This document shows, one piece after another, positions 29,377 to 38,949 of a stretch of 64,000 bases of DNA (positions are counted from its first letter, which is position 1; each line of letters starts with the position of its first letter). Source of the DNA: an uncultured Spirochaetota bacterium (lineage in GTDB: Bacteria; Spirochaetota; Brevinematia; Brevinematales; JAOACQ01); assembly GCA_963783575.1 (NCBI GenBank), contig CAWAOD010000009.1, positions 288,001-352,000 of the forward strand, read 5' to 3'. A program made the position numbers and the translations under genes. The notes beneath the pieces are model-generated. The model was not told the DNA's origin. It made no database searches and saw only the letters and a program-made list of their open reading frames with translations.

Positions 29377-30762
29377 GTGGAAAGAGTCGCCCAATTAGGA
29401 AGTGAAAAAATCAGGAAACTGATAATAAATTTTTCGGCACCGGCAGTTGCGGGCCTTCTAGTCAGCGGCTTATATAATATCGCAGGCGGAATATTCGTCG
29501 GAAGAGGTGTTGGCTCGATGGCTTTGTCCGGGCTATCGGTTTCATTTGCGCTAATGATCATCATAATGGCTTTTGGAATGCTTTCCGGAATGGGGGCAAC
29601 AGCCCTGACATCACTTAAGCTGGGTGAGGGAAAAAATGCAGAGGCAGAAATTGTTGTTGGAAATGCCGTCACTCTTGGGATAATAATATCAGTTTTAATT
29701 ACTGTTTCAGGGATTATTTTTTTAAAACCAATATTATCGGCTTTCGGTGCAAGGAATGAATCAATGAAGTTTGGTTATGAATTTTCAAGCCTTTTGTTAT
29801 TCGGAACGGTCTTTCAAATTTTGACATATTCATTGAATAACCTCATCCGGGGAGAAGGGAATCCAAGAATGGCATTATCAACTACTATTATAGGCTTTCT
29901 CATTTATTGCTTAATTACCCCTATGTTCATCTTCGGATTTCATTTCGGCATCCGCGGTGCATCAGCGGGAATTATTACAGCCCAGATATTCACTACAATC
30001 TGGACATTGTTTTATTTCCTCGGTAAAAAAAGTACACTAAGACTTCATTTTAAAAACCTTAAGCTAAAGATGAATATTGTTACAAGAATTTTATCGATTG
30101 GAATAGCCCCATTTTCAATGCAGCTTATTTCGGGAATAATTCTTATATTGATTAACCATATGGTGGGAATTTATGGCGGTAACACTGGCATTGCTGCAAT
30201 GGGAGTGGCTTTCAGCGTATATAATTTATTTATGATGCCGCTTATCGGAATAAATCAGGGAATCCAGCCGATAATCGGCTACAATTACGGCGCCAAGCAG
30301 TATAAACGGGTTAAAAGTACCCTTAAAACCGCAATAATAGCGGCTACAGTATTCTGTATGGCAGGATTTTTAATTATTATAAATTTTAATGTTTCAATAA
30401 TGAAATTATTCGTTAACGATAATCCTTCCGTTGTCATAATGGGGGCCCATGGTTTGAAGGTTTTTTTAATGATGCTGCCCGTTATAGGATTCCAGATTAT
30501 AAGTATCAGCTATTTCCAGGCAGTGGGCAAACCAAAGGAAGCAATAATATTAAGCCTTTTAAAGTATATCTTACTTTTAATGCCTTTGGTCATAATACTT
30601 CCTTTGTTTTTTAAACTGGAAGGAGTATGGTTATCCGGACCTTTATCGGATTTTATTTCCGCAATTATCACAATAATTTTTTTATACCTGGAAATCAGAC
30701 ATCTGAACCGCAAACACAGCTATGAATCCTCATTAAAAAAGGCAGAGGTGGTTTTAGAGTAA
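29377..30762 (+). CDS. MATE efflux transporter (MepA-like)
   Basis: 12 TM segments; IRGEGNP, G.QPIIGYNYGA and FQAVGK motifs. Confidence 0.9.
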   Translation: MERVAQLGSEKIRKLIINFSAPAVAGLLVSGLYNIAGGIFVGRGVGSMALSGLSVSFALMIIIMAFGMLSGMGATALTSLKLGEGKNAEAEIVVGNAVTLGIIISVLITVSGIIFLKPILSAFGARNESMKFGYEFSSLLLFGTVFQILTYSLNNLIRGEGNPRMALSTTIIGFLIYCLITPMFIFGFHFGIRGASAGIITAQIFTTIWTLFYFLGKKSTLRLHFKNLKLKMNIVTRILSIGIAPFSMQLISGIILILINHMVGIYGGNTGIAAMGVAFSVYNLFMMPLIGINQGIQPIIGYNYGAKQYKRVKSTLKTAIIAATVFCMAGFLIIINFNVSIMKLFVNDNPSVVIMGAHGLKVFLMMLPVIGFQIISISYFQAVGKPKEAIILSLLKYILLLMPLVIILPLFFKLEGVWLSGPLSDFISAIITIIFLYLEIRHLNRKHSYESSLKKAEVVLE

Positions 30763-30783
30763 TTTATTATTAATAATCCCTGC

Positions 30784-32154
30784 TCATATATCGTGGACAA
30801 GATTATTGATCCATTTTCCTGAAATAAACCGGGTTGTCAATAATATTGCTTTAAATATTTCCTGAATTGAAATAAGAGCAAAAACCCATTCTATGGGTAA
30901 TTTCCATACAAATCCTCCAAGAAGAGCCAGAGGCATACCGATAAACCAAACTGCTATCGTATCCATTATACCACAAAAAAGATTGTCGCCCCCGCCCCTC
31001 ATTACGCCCATGACTGCAACCATATTGAATACATAAAATAAAAAATAAAGACCATAAACAAAAAGAACATTCGAAGCGCCATGGATAACACTTCCCGAGA
31101 CCTTATACGGCAGCAGGACAAAATGCCTTGAAGCAATAATCATTAAACCAAGGATTAAGCTCAATACAACTGTTATCCTTAGATACCTTGATGCATATTG
31201 ATAGGCCCTTTCCCTGCTGTTTCCGCCGATGCTGTTTCCGATCATAATCTGGCAGGCATTGGCTATTCCTATAAAAAGTACTGTGGATAAATTCCTGACC
31301 GTAGTTGTAATGTTCATTGAAGCGGCAACTTCAGTTCCCATCCTGGCATATATCGCCATATAAACCGATACGCCGATTGCCCAGATCATATCTTTGCCGA
31401 TCATTATTCCGGTCTGAACAAAAAATCTATGTACAAGATCTTTTGAGATTGAAAAAATTTCCCTGATGCCTTTTATCAATTCAGGCCTTTTTTTATAAAT
31501 ACGGAAAATCTGAAACAATAATGCCACGCAATTAGCAATTACCGTTGAAACAGCGGCTCCTTCCACACCCATTGCCGGAAAACCGAAATTCCCGAAGATC
31601 AGCAGATAATTCAGCGATGTGTTGATTACTATTCCGATCATATTGGCCTGCATCGGGATGATCACTTCATGCATTCCTCTTAAAGCAGCGGCAAAACATA
31701 GATTTACTGCCGTCAAAACATAACTGAAAGAGTAAATTCTCAGAAATTTCACTCCAAGATTTATTACAGCCGGATCATTGGAAAAAAAGCTCATTATACT
31801 TTGGGGAAACAAAAAAGCCGTTATAAAAAATAAAAATGACGAAGCGGTGGCCAGGATCAATCCCAATCCCAGAATGCTTTTGATATGATGAAGGTCTTTT
31901 TTTCCCCAAAACTGGGATACAAAAATCGAAGTCCCGCCGCAAACTCCCTGCATAAGAAGGAATAAAATAAAAAAATACTGGTTTGCCAGGCCGACAGAAG
32001 CAACCGGGGCATCGCCAAGCTGTCCGACCATTATGTTATCGATCAGGCTGAACGATGCCGCCATTAGATTCTGGAGAACGACAGGCACGGCGATCTTAAA
32101 AAAAGACCGGTAAAATTCCCTTTCCTTTTCAAAATAAAGCGTTATTTTTCTCAC
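30784..32154 (-). CDS. MATE efflux transporter
   Basis: IDNIMVGQLG, SQFWG, LNYLLIFG..GFP.MGV.GAA and RGGGD motifs. Confidence 0.9.
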   Translation of the reverse strand: MRKITLYFEKEREFYRSFFKIAVPVVLQNLMAASFSLIDNIMVGQLGDAPVASVGLANQYFFILFLLMQGVCGGTSIFVSQFWGKKDLHHIKSILGLGLILATASSFLFFITAFLFPQSIMSFFSNDPAVINLGVKFLRIYSFSYVLTAVNLCFAAALRGMHEVIIPMQANMIGIVINTSLNYLLIFGNFGFPAMGVEGAAVSTVIANCVALLFQIFRIYKKRPELIKGIREIFSISKDLVHRFFVQTGIMIGKDMIWAIGVSVYMAIYARMGTEVAASMNITTTVRNLSTVLFIGIANACQIMIGNSIGGNSRERAYQYASRYLRITVVLSLILGLMIIASRHFVLLPYKVSGSVIHGASNVLFVYGLYFLFYVFNMVAVMGVMRGGGDNLFCGIMDTIAVWFIGMPLALLGGFVWKLPIEWVFALISIQEIFKAILLTTRFISGKWINNLVHDI

Positions 32155-32206
32155 AATATAATCCTGATAAACGGTTATTGTGGCATGGATTTCATATTAT
32201 GTCTAT

Positions 32207-32396
32207 GCGACATCGTGTCGCTGTCGAACTGGCGTTCGACCACCTTTATAATAAAAATGAAGCTCTCATGGAACATCCTGTTCCCATGGTTACTTGGGCC
32301 GCTTTGACGTCGTATCGCTGCCGAACTGGCGTTCGGCGGCCTGTTTGACTTATGGATGGTTCTCATGGGACTTCCATGCCCCCAAGGTCAATTGGG
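32207..32396 (-). repeat. Two units of repeat family A
   Basis: Reverse complement contains GGGAACAGGATGTTCCATGA, GCCGAACGCCAGTTCGGC / GTCGAACGCCAGTTCGAC and GCGACACGATGTCGC. Confidence 0.88.
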
Positions 32397-32431
32397 ATCG
32401 ACAAACTATTTATCAAAATCTTTTGACTTTA

Positions 32432-33280
32432 TTAGGGATGATTTATCAGTTCGGATAAAATATCTTCACTCAGTAGGTCATCATTGTCAATTATTTCATT
32501 GAATGAGCCGGATTTCTTTATTTCATCAAGGATTTGCAGAATAGTTTTCATTGTTGAAGAAATCAGAATTGAAGGAAGGCTGACATGCTCAACGCCAAAT
32601 TCGATGCAGAAATTTATATCAAATTCATTGATATTGTAAGGCATTCCCGCCGCAATGCTTAAAGGACCTTTAATTTCCTTTTTCAGTAATTTTATTTCGT
32701 CCTTAGTTATGACATTAGTCACAAAACAAATATCTACGCCGAGTTCAAGATATTTGTTTCCCCTATCAACCGCAATTTTCATTGCTTCATTTCGGTTTTC
32801 AAGACTCTTTAAAGCGTCTGTCCTGGCATTTAAAATAAAATCCGGGATGTTCAATTCTTTTTTAATTTTATTAACTTCGTTAATCTTACGAGCCATCATA
32901 TTAAACGGTACGATTTTACCGGAAAAATCATGATTCCGAAGGTTTTGATCTTCGATGTTAATCCCAGCGATCCCTGTATTGATAAATTTAATAATATTAT
33001 TATGAAAAACTTCTTCTTCCCCATAACCATCTTCACTGTCAGCCATAACTGGAATTTTAACAGAATTCACAATTTCCTTGGTTATGGAAATGTTTTCATC
33101 AATAGTCAACACATCTTCAGTCCTGTATTTCCTGGCTACCGAATAGCTATAGCCGGAGCATTGAACAGCTTTAAACCCCGCATATTCGATGAGCCTTGCT
33201 GAGATGCCGTTATAAGCATCGGGCATAATCAAAGTTTCTCCGCAAGTCAATAATTTTTTAAGTTCCCGGTATTTATCCAT
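32432..33280 (-). CDS. Isocitrate lyase/PEP mutase superfamily protein
   Basis: P.AY...SAR, SGYS, ADSEDGYG, INIEDQ and NARTD motifs; lacks KKCGH. Confidence 0.85.
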   Translation of the reverse strand: MDKYRELKKLLTCGETLIMPDAYNGISARLIEYAGFKAVQCSGYSYSVARKYRTEDVLTIDENISITKEIVNSVKIPVMADSEDGYGEEEVFHNNIIKFINTGIAGINIEDQNLRNHDFSGKIVPFNMMARKINEVNKIKKELNIPDFILNARTDALKSLENRNEAMKIAVDRGNKYLELGVDICFVTNVITKDEIKLLKKEIKGPLSIAAGMPYNINEFDINFCIEFGVEHVSLPSILISSTMKTILQILDEIKKSGSFNEIIDNDDLLSEDILSELINHP

Positions 33281-33325
33281 AAATTACTCCACATAAACCT
33301 TTCAATCACAGAATATTGAAATTGC

Positions 33326-33856
33326 TCAGTCAGACATTTCCGCCAATCTGTTAACAGTATTCCAGTTTCTGGTTGTTGCCGAAACATTCAGCTTTTTCTC
33401 GATAAAGCCGTTTGACAGATTTGTTTTTGCAACACCATTGTGATAATAAATATAAATTTCCTTACCTGAAATAAAGTATTCCTCAAAATCATCCTTTACT
33501 TCGTCCAATTCTTTTATCGGAGGATCAGCATGAATTCCTGAAAGAAACATAACGTGGAGATGGTTAAAATATTCTTCTGAAAATGGGTTTTTTTTAATAA
33601 TCTTTTTCAGCTCACCTTTTGTTCTGATCATAACTTTCACATCAAAACCGAAAGTATTTCTTACAGCAGTTTCGATTTTTTGCTCCAACTCATCCGGTTT
33701 TAAATTCACAGTATTAAATACAACATTGCCGCTCTGAATATAAGTTTTAACATTTATTAATCCCAATGATTCATACAAATCGGATAAATCGTCCATTTTT
33801 ATCTTCTTATTCCCTCCGACATTTATGCCGCGAAGAAAAGAGATATAGGTTTCCAT
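33326..33856 (-). CDS. DUF1697 family protein
   Basis: LRGINVGG..K.KM, V.TYIQSGNVVF and T.RNWNT motifs. Confidence 0.9.
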   Translation of the reverse strand: METYISFLRGINVGGNKKIKMDDLSDLYESLGLINVKTYIQSGNVVFNTVNLKPDELEQKIETAVRNTFGFDVKVMIRTKGELKKIIKKNPFSEEYFNHLHVMFLSGIHADPPIKELDEVKDDFEEYFISGKEIYIYYHNGVAKTNLSNGFIEKKLNVSATTRNWNTVNRLAEMSD

Positions 33857-33881
33857 AATTCTCTCACCCACCCCTAGCCTC

Positions 33882-33980
33882 CAGCGGCACGATGCCGCAG
33901 GGAACGCGGAAGTTCCATGATAGTTTGCCTATCAATCCCAAACTGCCGAACTTACGTTCGGCATCGCAAAGATTGCGCAT
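33882..33980 (+). repeat. Repeat family A copy
   Basis: GCGGCA-CGA-TGCCGC, GGAAC-GCGGAA-GTTCC-ATGA, 23-nt linker, TGCCGAAC-TTAC-GTTCGGCA, CGCAA-AGA-TTGCG. Confidence 0.85.
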
Positions 33981-33981
33981 G

Positions 33982-34737
33982 TCAAACTTTCATCCTGTTG
34001 AAAGACCATGTTCCGAAAAGGATCAATGCTAAGTCAAATCCTATTATAATCATCAAATTTACTGAGAAAGGCATTGATGAATTTCCTAAGATGCAGTTTC
34101 TTAAGGCATCGACCGCATAGGATGCAGGGTCTATCCGTGTTAAAACCTTGAGCCATACAGGAAGTTTATCCAGCGGATACAATGCTCCGGAAAGGAGGAA
34201 TAAAGGATAAACAATAAAGCTTGAAATAATTCCATATCCCTCCGGGCTTTCCATAAATGACCCGATAATCAGGCCAAGGCTTACAAGACCTGTTGCCAGC
34301 AGAAAAAGAACGAGTATTGTCAATAGCACACTTACGGGTGTGAACGGAATGCCGAGAAATATTCCTATGATGAGAAGTATTGTTGCCTGGAGCATTGAAT
34401 CTGTCATGCATCCGGCAACTTTTCCTATGAATATAACAGTTCTGGAAAGAGGAGCTATAAGAACTTCTTTTAAAAAGTCGATCTTTTTATCCCAGACAAT
34501 ATAGGCACCGTTAAATAAAGAGCTGAAAATAACCATCATACCAAGGAAACCGGGAAAGATGAAATGCTGGTAATTGCCGGCGGTTTGAGCAATGGAACTC
34601 ATTCCACCACCGAATATGAAATACCAGAAAAGAGGCATGACTACTGAAGAAACCACCCTGGTTTTCTCCCTGGTAAAAACCTTAAATTCCCTGTACCAGA
34701 TCGCAAAAATGCCTTTTAAATTTTTTTTCAGGTTCAT
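33982..34737 (-). CDS. ABC-2 type exporter permease
   Basis: Six TM segments; PG..GM, LKEVL.AP.SR and SGALYP motifs. Confidence 0.88.
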   Translation of the reverse strand: MNLKKNLKGIFAIWYREFKVFTREKTRVVSSVVMPLFWYFIFGGGMSSIAQTAGNYQHFIFPGFLGMMVIFSSLFNGAYIVWDKKIDFLKEVLIAPLSRTVIFIGKVAGCMTDSMLQATILLIIGIFLGIPFTPVSVLLTILVLFLLATGLVSLGLIIGSFMESPEGYGIISSFIVYPLFLLSGALYPLDKLPVWLKVLTRIDPASYAVDALRNCILGNSSMPFSVNLMIIIGFDLALILFGTWSFNRMKV

Positions 34738-35717
34738 TTATTCTGCCTCGCTTTATTAAATGCCCTCACAAACTCCATGGAACTTCCTTCCTCTTCCCTG
34801 ATCTCTTTCCCGGTAAAATGGATAAAAACATCATTTAAATCAGGCGAATGCGCTTCCACAGATTTCACTTTACCGGCTACGCGCAGTAACTCCTGGAGGT
34901 TTTCGCTCGTGTTATCAACGGAAAGCTGAATAAAACCGTTACACTCCTCAACGTTTTTGATAAACTTCAATTTACGAAGCTCCGTCAGGTTGAGATTTTC
35001 ACCCTTAAGAACGACTATATCCCCGCCAAGCCCACTTTTTAAATTCTCCGGGGAATCAAGGGCAATTATTTTTCCATGATCGATAATCGCAACCCTGTTG
35101 CAGAGTTTTTCCGCCTCTTCCATATAATGAGTTGTTAAAATAATTGTCATTCCGGTATTTTTCGCAAGCGAAATAATATAATCCCAGATATGTTCCCTGG
35201 TCTGCGGGTCAAGCCCGATAGTGGGCTCGTCCAGGAAAAATATTTCGGGTTTATGAAGAAGCCCGCGCGCAATTTCCATTCTTCTCCTCATCCCGCCTGA
35301 ATATGTCTTTACAAGATCTTTCTTTCTTTTTTGAAGGTCAACAAGGTTAAGCACTTCATTGATTTTTTTATCAATTTCTTTTATGGGTAGGTTGTAAAGA
35401 TAAGCATGAAGCTTTAGATTTTCATATGCTGTAAGTATATCATCGGAACTCGGATCCTGGAACACCATTCCGATCGATGCCCTGACATCCGCCGGATTTG
35501 AAAGCACATCAAACCCATTGATAACGGCCGTACCGGAAGTAGGTTTCAATAATGTAGAAAGCATCATCAATGTAGTGGTTTTACCGGCGCCGTTAGGGCC
35601 CAGTAAGCCGAAGATTTCCCCTTTTTTTATAGTCAGGTTTATATTATCGACAGCAATAAGATCATTATATTTTTTTGTCAGATTGACAATCTTTATACTA
35701 TCCATCAACATCTCCAA
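34734..35717 (-). CDS. ABC exporter ATP-binding protein (DrrA-like)
   Basis: GPNGAGKTT, YSGGM, LDEPT and TTHYMEEA motifs. Confidence 0.93.
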   Translation of the reverse strand: MEMLMDSIKIVNLTKKYNDLIAVDNINLTIKKGEIFGLLGPNGAGKTTTLMMLSTLLKPTSGTAVINGFDVLSNPADVRASIGMVFQDPSSDDILTAYENLKLHAYLYNLPIKEIDKKINEVLNLVDLQKRKKDLVKTYSGGMRRRMEIARGLLHKPEIFFLDEPTIGLDPQTREHIWDYIISLAKNTGMTIILTTHYMEEAEKLCNRVAIIDHGKIIALDSPENLKSGLGGDIVVLKGENLNLTELRKLKFIKNVEECNGFIQLSVDNTSENLQELLRVAGKVKSVEAHSPDLNDVFIHFTGKEIREEEGSSMEFVRAFNKARQNK

Positions 35718-35898
35718 TATTTTTTATTGAATTCAATTCTTAATCCATTATTAATTCTATTTAATTCCATCAATAATCTTTAATTATAACACTGCTTTTA
35801 AATCCAGGCAAATGTATGGTAAAATTTGATTTATTAAATATATTATGATAAATTTAATAAGATTTTATTTTACTTTCAAAAAAAGATAGGAGAAAAAG

Positions 35899-36615
35899 AT
35901 GAATAATCTTAAAATTAAATTATTTATGTTAATTTCAATTGTTTTCCTGGCAGTTATTTCCATATCATCCCCAGCCGGAGCATCAAAACTTATCCTGAAT
36001 GTTAAAACCGGGACGGAATACTCACATCAGCTTAAATTTGGACTGCTTAAATTTGATATTATTCCTCAAATGGCTTTCTGGGTTGAGGACGAGAATGGGA
36101 AATTTATAACAAATATTTACATAACAGAAAAAAGCGCAAAATCAAAATGGGGCATACCTGGAGTCAACCGGCCTGCAGCCCTCCCCATCTGGTCGCATAA
36201 TCAGGGAATTTTGTATTCAACCAAACTCTACATGCCAGACCCCAAACATCCTTTACCTGATGCGGTTACCGGTGCAACTCCAAAAATTTCGTTCACCAGA
36301 GAATGGGTGGTACCTTTAGATTTGGCTTCCGGAAAATATAAAATCAATGCCGAAATAAACAGCTCTTATGATTATAACGAAACATATAAAAAAGGTTTAC
36401 CGGCGGACAGCTCAAATTATAATGATGTAAACGGACAGCCGTCGGTTTTATATCAGGGTGAAATTATTCTTGATAAAAATGATATGAAAATTAACCTGAT
36501 TCCTGTCGGACATGGAAACCCGCTGGGAAAAAACGGTGAAATTACCGCCGATATGACTGGAATTACAACGGCTTTGAAAATTATTGATTCTGTAGATGTT
36601 GAATTTGTTCCTTGA
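35899..36615 (+). CDS. Secreted DUF2271-like protein
   Basis: PQ.A.W.ED..G.F, LP.W and DAVTGAT motifs. Confidence 0.65.
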   Translation: MNNLKIKLFMLISIVFLAVISISSPAGASKLILNVKTGTEYSHQLKFGLLKFDIIPQMAFWVEDENGKFITNIYITEKSAKSKWGIPGVNRPAALPIWSHNQGILYSTKLYMPDPKHPLPDAVTGATPKISFTREWVVPLDLASGKYKINAEINSSYDYNETYKKGLPADSSNYNDVNGQPSVLYQGEIILDKNDMKINLIPVGHGNPLGKNGEITADMTGITTALKIIDSVDVEFVP

Positions 36616-36621
36616 TCAAGT

Positions 36622-37050
36622 TTATTTAACTGACGGCAGTCCTTCGCTTAACCAGGAATCAAAGCCTTTCGACAGATTGTAAACTTTTTTAAAACCTAAT
36701 TCTTTAAAAGTTTCTAGTGCTTCGCCTGACCTTCTCCCGCTCCTGCAGTAAATCAGGTAAGTATCATTGCGGTTAAGTTCCGATATTTTTGCCTTAAAAT
36801 CAGGATTATTATAATTGATATTGACTGAGTTTTCTATATGGCCTTCGGAATACTCATCGGGAGTTCTCACGTCTATAATTTTTAATCCGCCTTTCTCCTT
36901 ATCGGATTTTATCAGCAAATCCGCTTCATCCGCAGGAACCGATTGATAAGGTTTTAAAACCGGAGAAATGCTATTTTTACTAAAATTTCCGGCACAACCG
37001 GGCAAGTTTATTATTATTGCTAAAATAATAATAAAAAATAACCTTAGCAT
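36622..37050 (-). CDS. Rhodanese-domain lipoprotein
   Basis: DVRTP.EY..GHI and YCRSGRRS motifs; lipobox LPGC. Confidence 0.88.
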   Translation of the reverse strand: MLRLFFIIILAIIINLPGCAGNFSKNSISPVLKPYQSVPADEADLLIKSDKEKGGLKIIDVRTPDEYSEGHIENSVNINYNNPDFKAKISELNRNDTYLIYCRSGRRSGEALETFKELGFKKVYNLSKGFDSWLSEGLPSVK

Positions 37051-37184
37051 GATTTTATACCACTCTGAAAATCATAAATTTTGAATGAGCTCAACGCTGA
37101 TTTTATAATCAAGAAACGAATGATTTAGATTTTACAAATAGTTCATTTCAATATTAAACATTGAAATTAAAACTGAACACTTTA

Positions 37185-37796
37185 TCAATTCATTTTCTTA
37201 TCTTTATCAGTTGGTTTAGAACCCGGCAGATAAAGCAGATCAACAATGGAATGTGTGCCTTTCAATGCATCATTCATTACTGCCAAATCATTTAAAGCAG
37301 GATCAAGTTTTTTAATGGCTGCAATATCCGCATCGGCATTATCTGCAACTGATTTAATGCCCCAGTGAATATATGTTTTGTCGTAATCGGCCGTTGTAGA
37401 AAATGAACCAAGATAAGTAATCTGATTCGGCTGAATGGTGAAGGTAGAATGCAGCAATTGATTGTCAATAACAGCCCTGCCCCAGAGATCCCTGTATTCC
37501 ATCATACTTATTTTATAGGTACCGGGCTTTAAAAAATATAGAAAGTACCCATTTTGTTCACGCATATCAATGTAAAATTCCTTTTGATCTTTGCCTTCAA
37601 TTCCGGTAATAAGGACAACATTAGCATTCATAAAATAAGTATTATCTGTAAAAGTATATGTCCCATATAAAAACCCGCCATCCTTTCCTACAAACGATTG
37701 TGCATCTGAAGGTTTCAAATTTTGCATTGTATATACACCGCATCCCGTTATTAACCCTGTTAAAATTATCAGCGCAACAAAAACCCTTAGCTTCAT
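37185..37796 (-). CDS. Hypothetical lipoprotein
   Basis: Lipobox ITGC; LKPG.Y and ITYLG patterns. Confidence 0.6.
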   Translation of the reverse strand: MKLRVFVALIILTGLITGCGVYTMQNLKPSDAQSFVGKDGGFLYGTYTFTDNTYFMNANVVLITGIEGKDQKEFYIDMREQNGYFLYFLKPGTYKISMMEYRDLWGRAVIDNQLLHSTFTIQPNQITYLGSFSTTADYDKTYIHWGIKSVADNADADIAAIKKLDPALNDLAVMNDALKGTHSIVDLLYLPGSKPTDKDKKMN

Positions 37797-37806
37797 AAAA
37801 GACCTC

Positions 37807-37838
37807 CTTTCATATATAAGTCTTTCATATATAAGTCT
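37807..37838. repeat. Exact 15-bp tandem duplication
   Basis: CTTTCATATATAAGT twice, plus CT. Confidence 0.8.
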
Positions 37839-37997
37839 ATTTTATTAAAAATAAATGCAGGAATTATAAAATTTAGCTAAATAATATTTAAAAAAACAAA
37901 TCAATAATTTACCAGAAAAGAAACATTGGAATTAAATATAATTAATTCCCTGATTAATATCAAATAAATCAACCGGGAAAAATTTAATTTAGTCTCT

Positions 37998-38672
37998 CTA
38001 AAATCTTTTCACAATTCCCATAAAGTTCCTTATCATATCAGGATCCTTAACACCTCTTTCTTTTTCTACACCGCTCGAAACATCTATTCCATAAGGCTGT
38101 ATAGATTTCAGTATGTCCATGACATTTGAAGCGTTAATGCCCCCGGATAAAATAACTTTTTTAGCTATAAATTCCTTTAATATCGGATTTGATAAATTAC
38201 TAATTGATACTTTTGTTCCCGTTCCGCCGAATTGTTCCGGATCAAATCTGTCTATCAGATAAGCGTTCACAATTCTTCCACCTTCATGATCGGAAAGGAT
38301 AATATTACTGACCGTTTCTTCATTGAGAATTTGAGTTCGGACTGCAAGTACAACCGGCAAGCCGGTTCTTTCTTTTAATTTAGTAACAAAATCAATATCA
38401 TAAAAAAAAGGTTCTCCATGGAGCTGTATCGTATCAATACCTGTTTTTTTTACAATTTCAAGGATCTCATCTATATCTTTGTCAACAAAAACACCAACCC
38501 TGTTAATGAACGGCGGAAGATTAGATATTATTTCGCCTGCTTTTTCAGGTTTAATGAACCGCGGGCTTTTATCATAAAAAACAAAACCGACAGCATCGGC
38601 TCCGTTTTCAATAACCGAATCAGCAATCTCCGGGGTTTTTATACCGCATATTTTCACTCTGACACTAATCAT
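37998..38672 (-). CDS. trpF: Phosphoribosylanthranilate isomerase
   Basis: VKICG, GFVFY..SPR, QLHG, GGTG and DVSSGVE motifs. Confidence 0.93.
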   Translation of the reverse strand: MISVRVKICGIKTPEIADSVIENGADAVGFVFYDKSPRFIKPEKAGEIISNLPPFINRVGVFVDKDIDEILEIVKKTGIDTIQLHGEPFFYDIDFVTKLKERTGLPVVLAVRTQILNEETVSNIILSDHEGGRIVNAYLIDRFDPEQFGGTGTKVSISNLSNPILKEFIAKKVILSGGINASNVMDILKSIQPYGIDVSSGVEKERGVKDPDMIRNFMGIVKRF

Positions 38673-38949
38673 GACTTAACACTCCATAATCTATATTATT
38701 TTAAAGTATAGCATTCTATTATGCAATCAATCACTTAAGTATTGAACAGCTCAAATATTTGATTGAAGAAGGATCGCTTTTTATAATCATTATATTGGCA
38801 CTTCCGGTTTATTAAATAATTGGCCTTAAATAAACAACAGCAGCAAGCTGCGAGTATTAAACCGGGTCAAGCAGCCTGCCTACGCCGGGGGTCTCCGGCA
38901 GGTAGACGGCAGACAGGTCACGCTTGCAATCGGTTCCAGAGGATAAATT

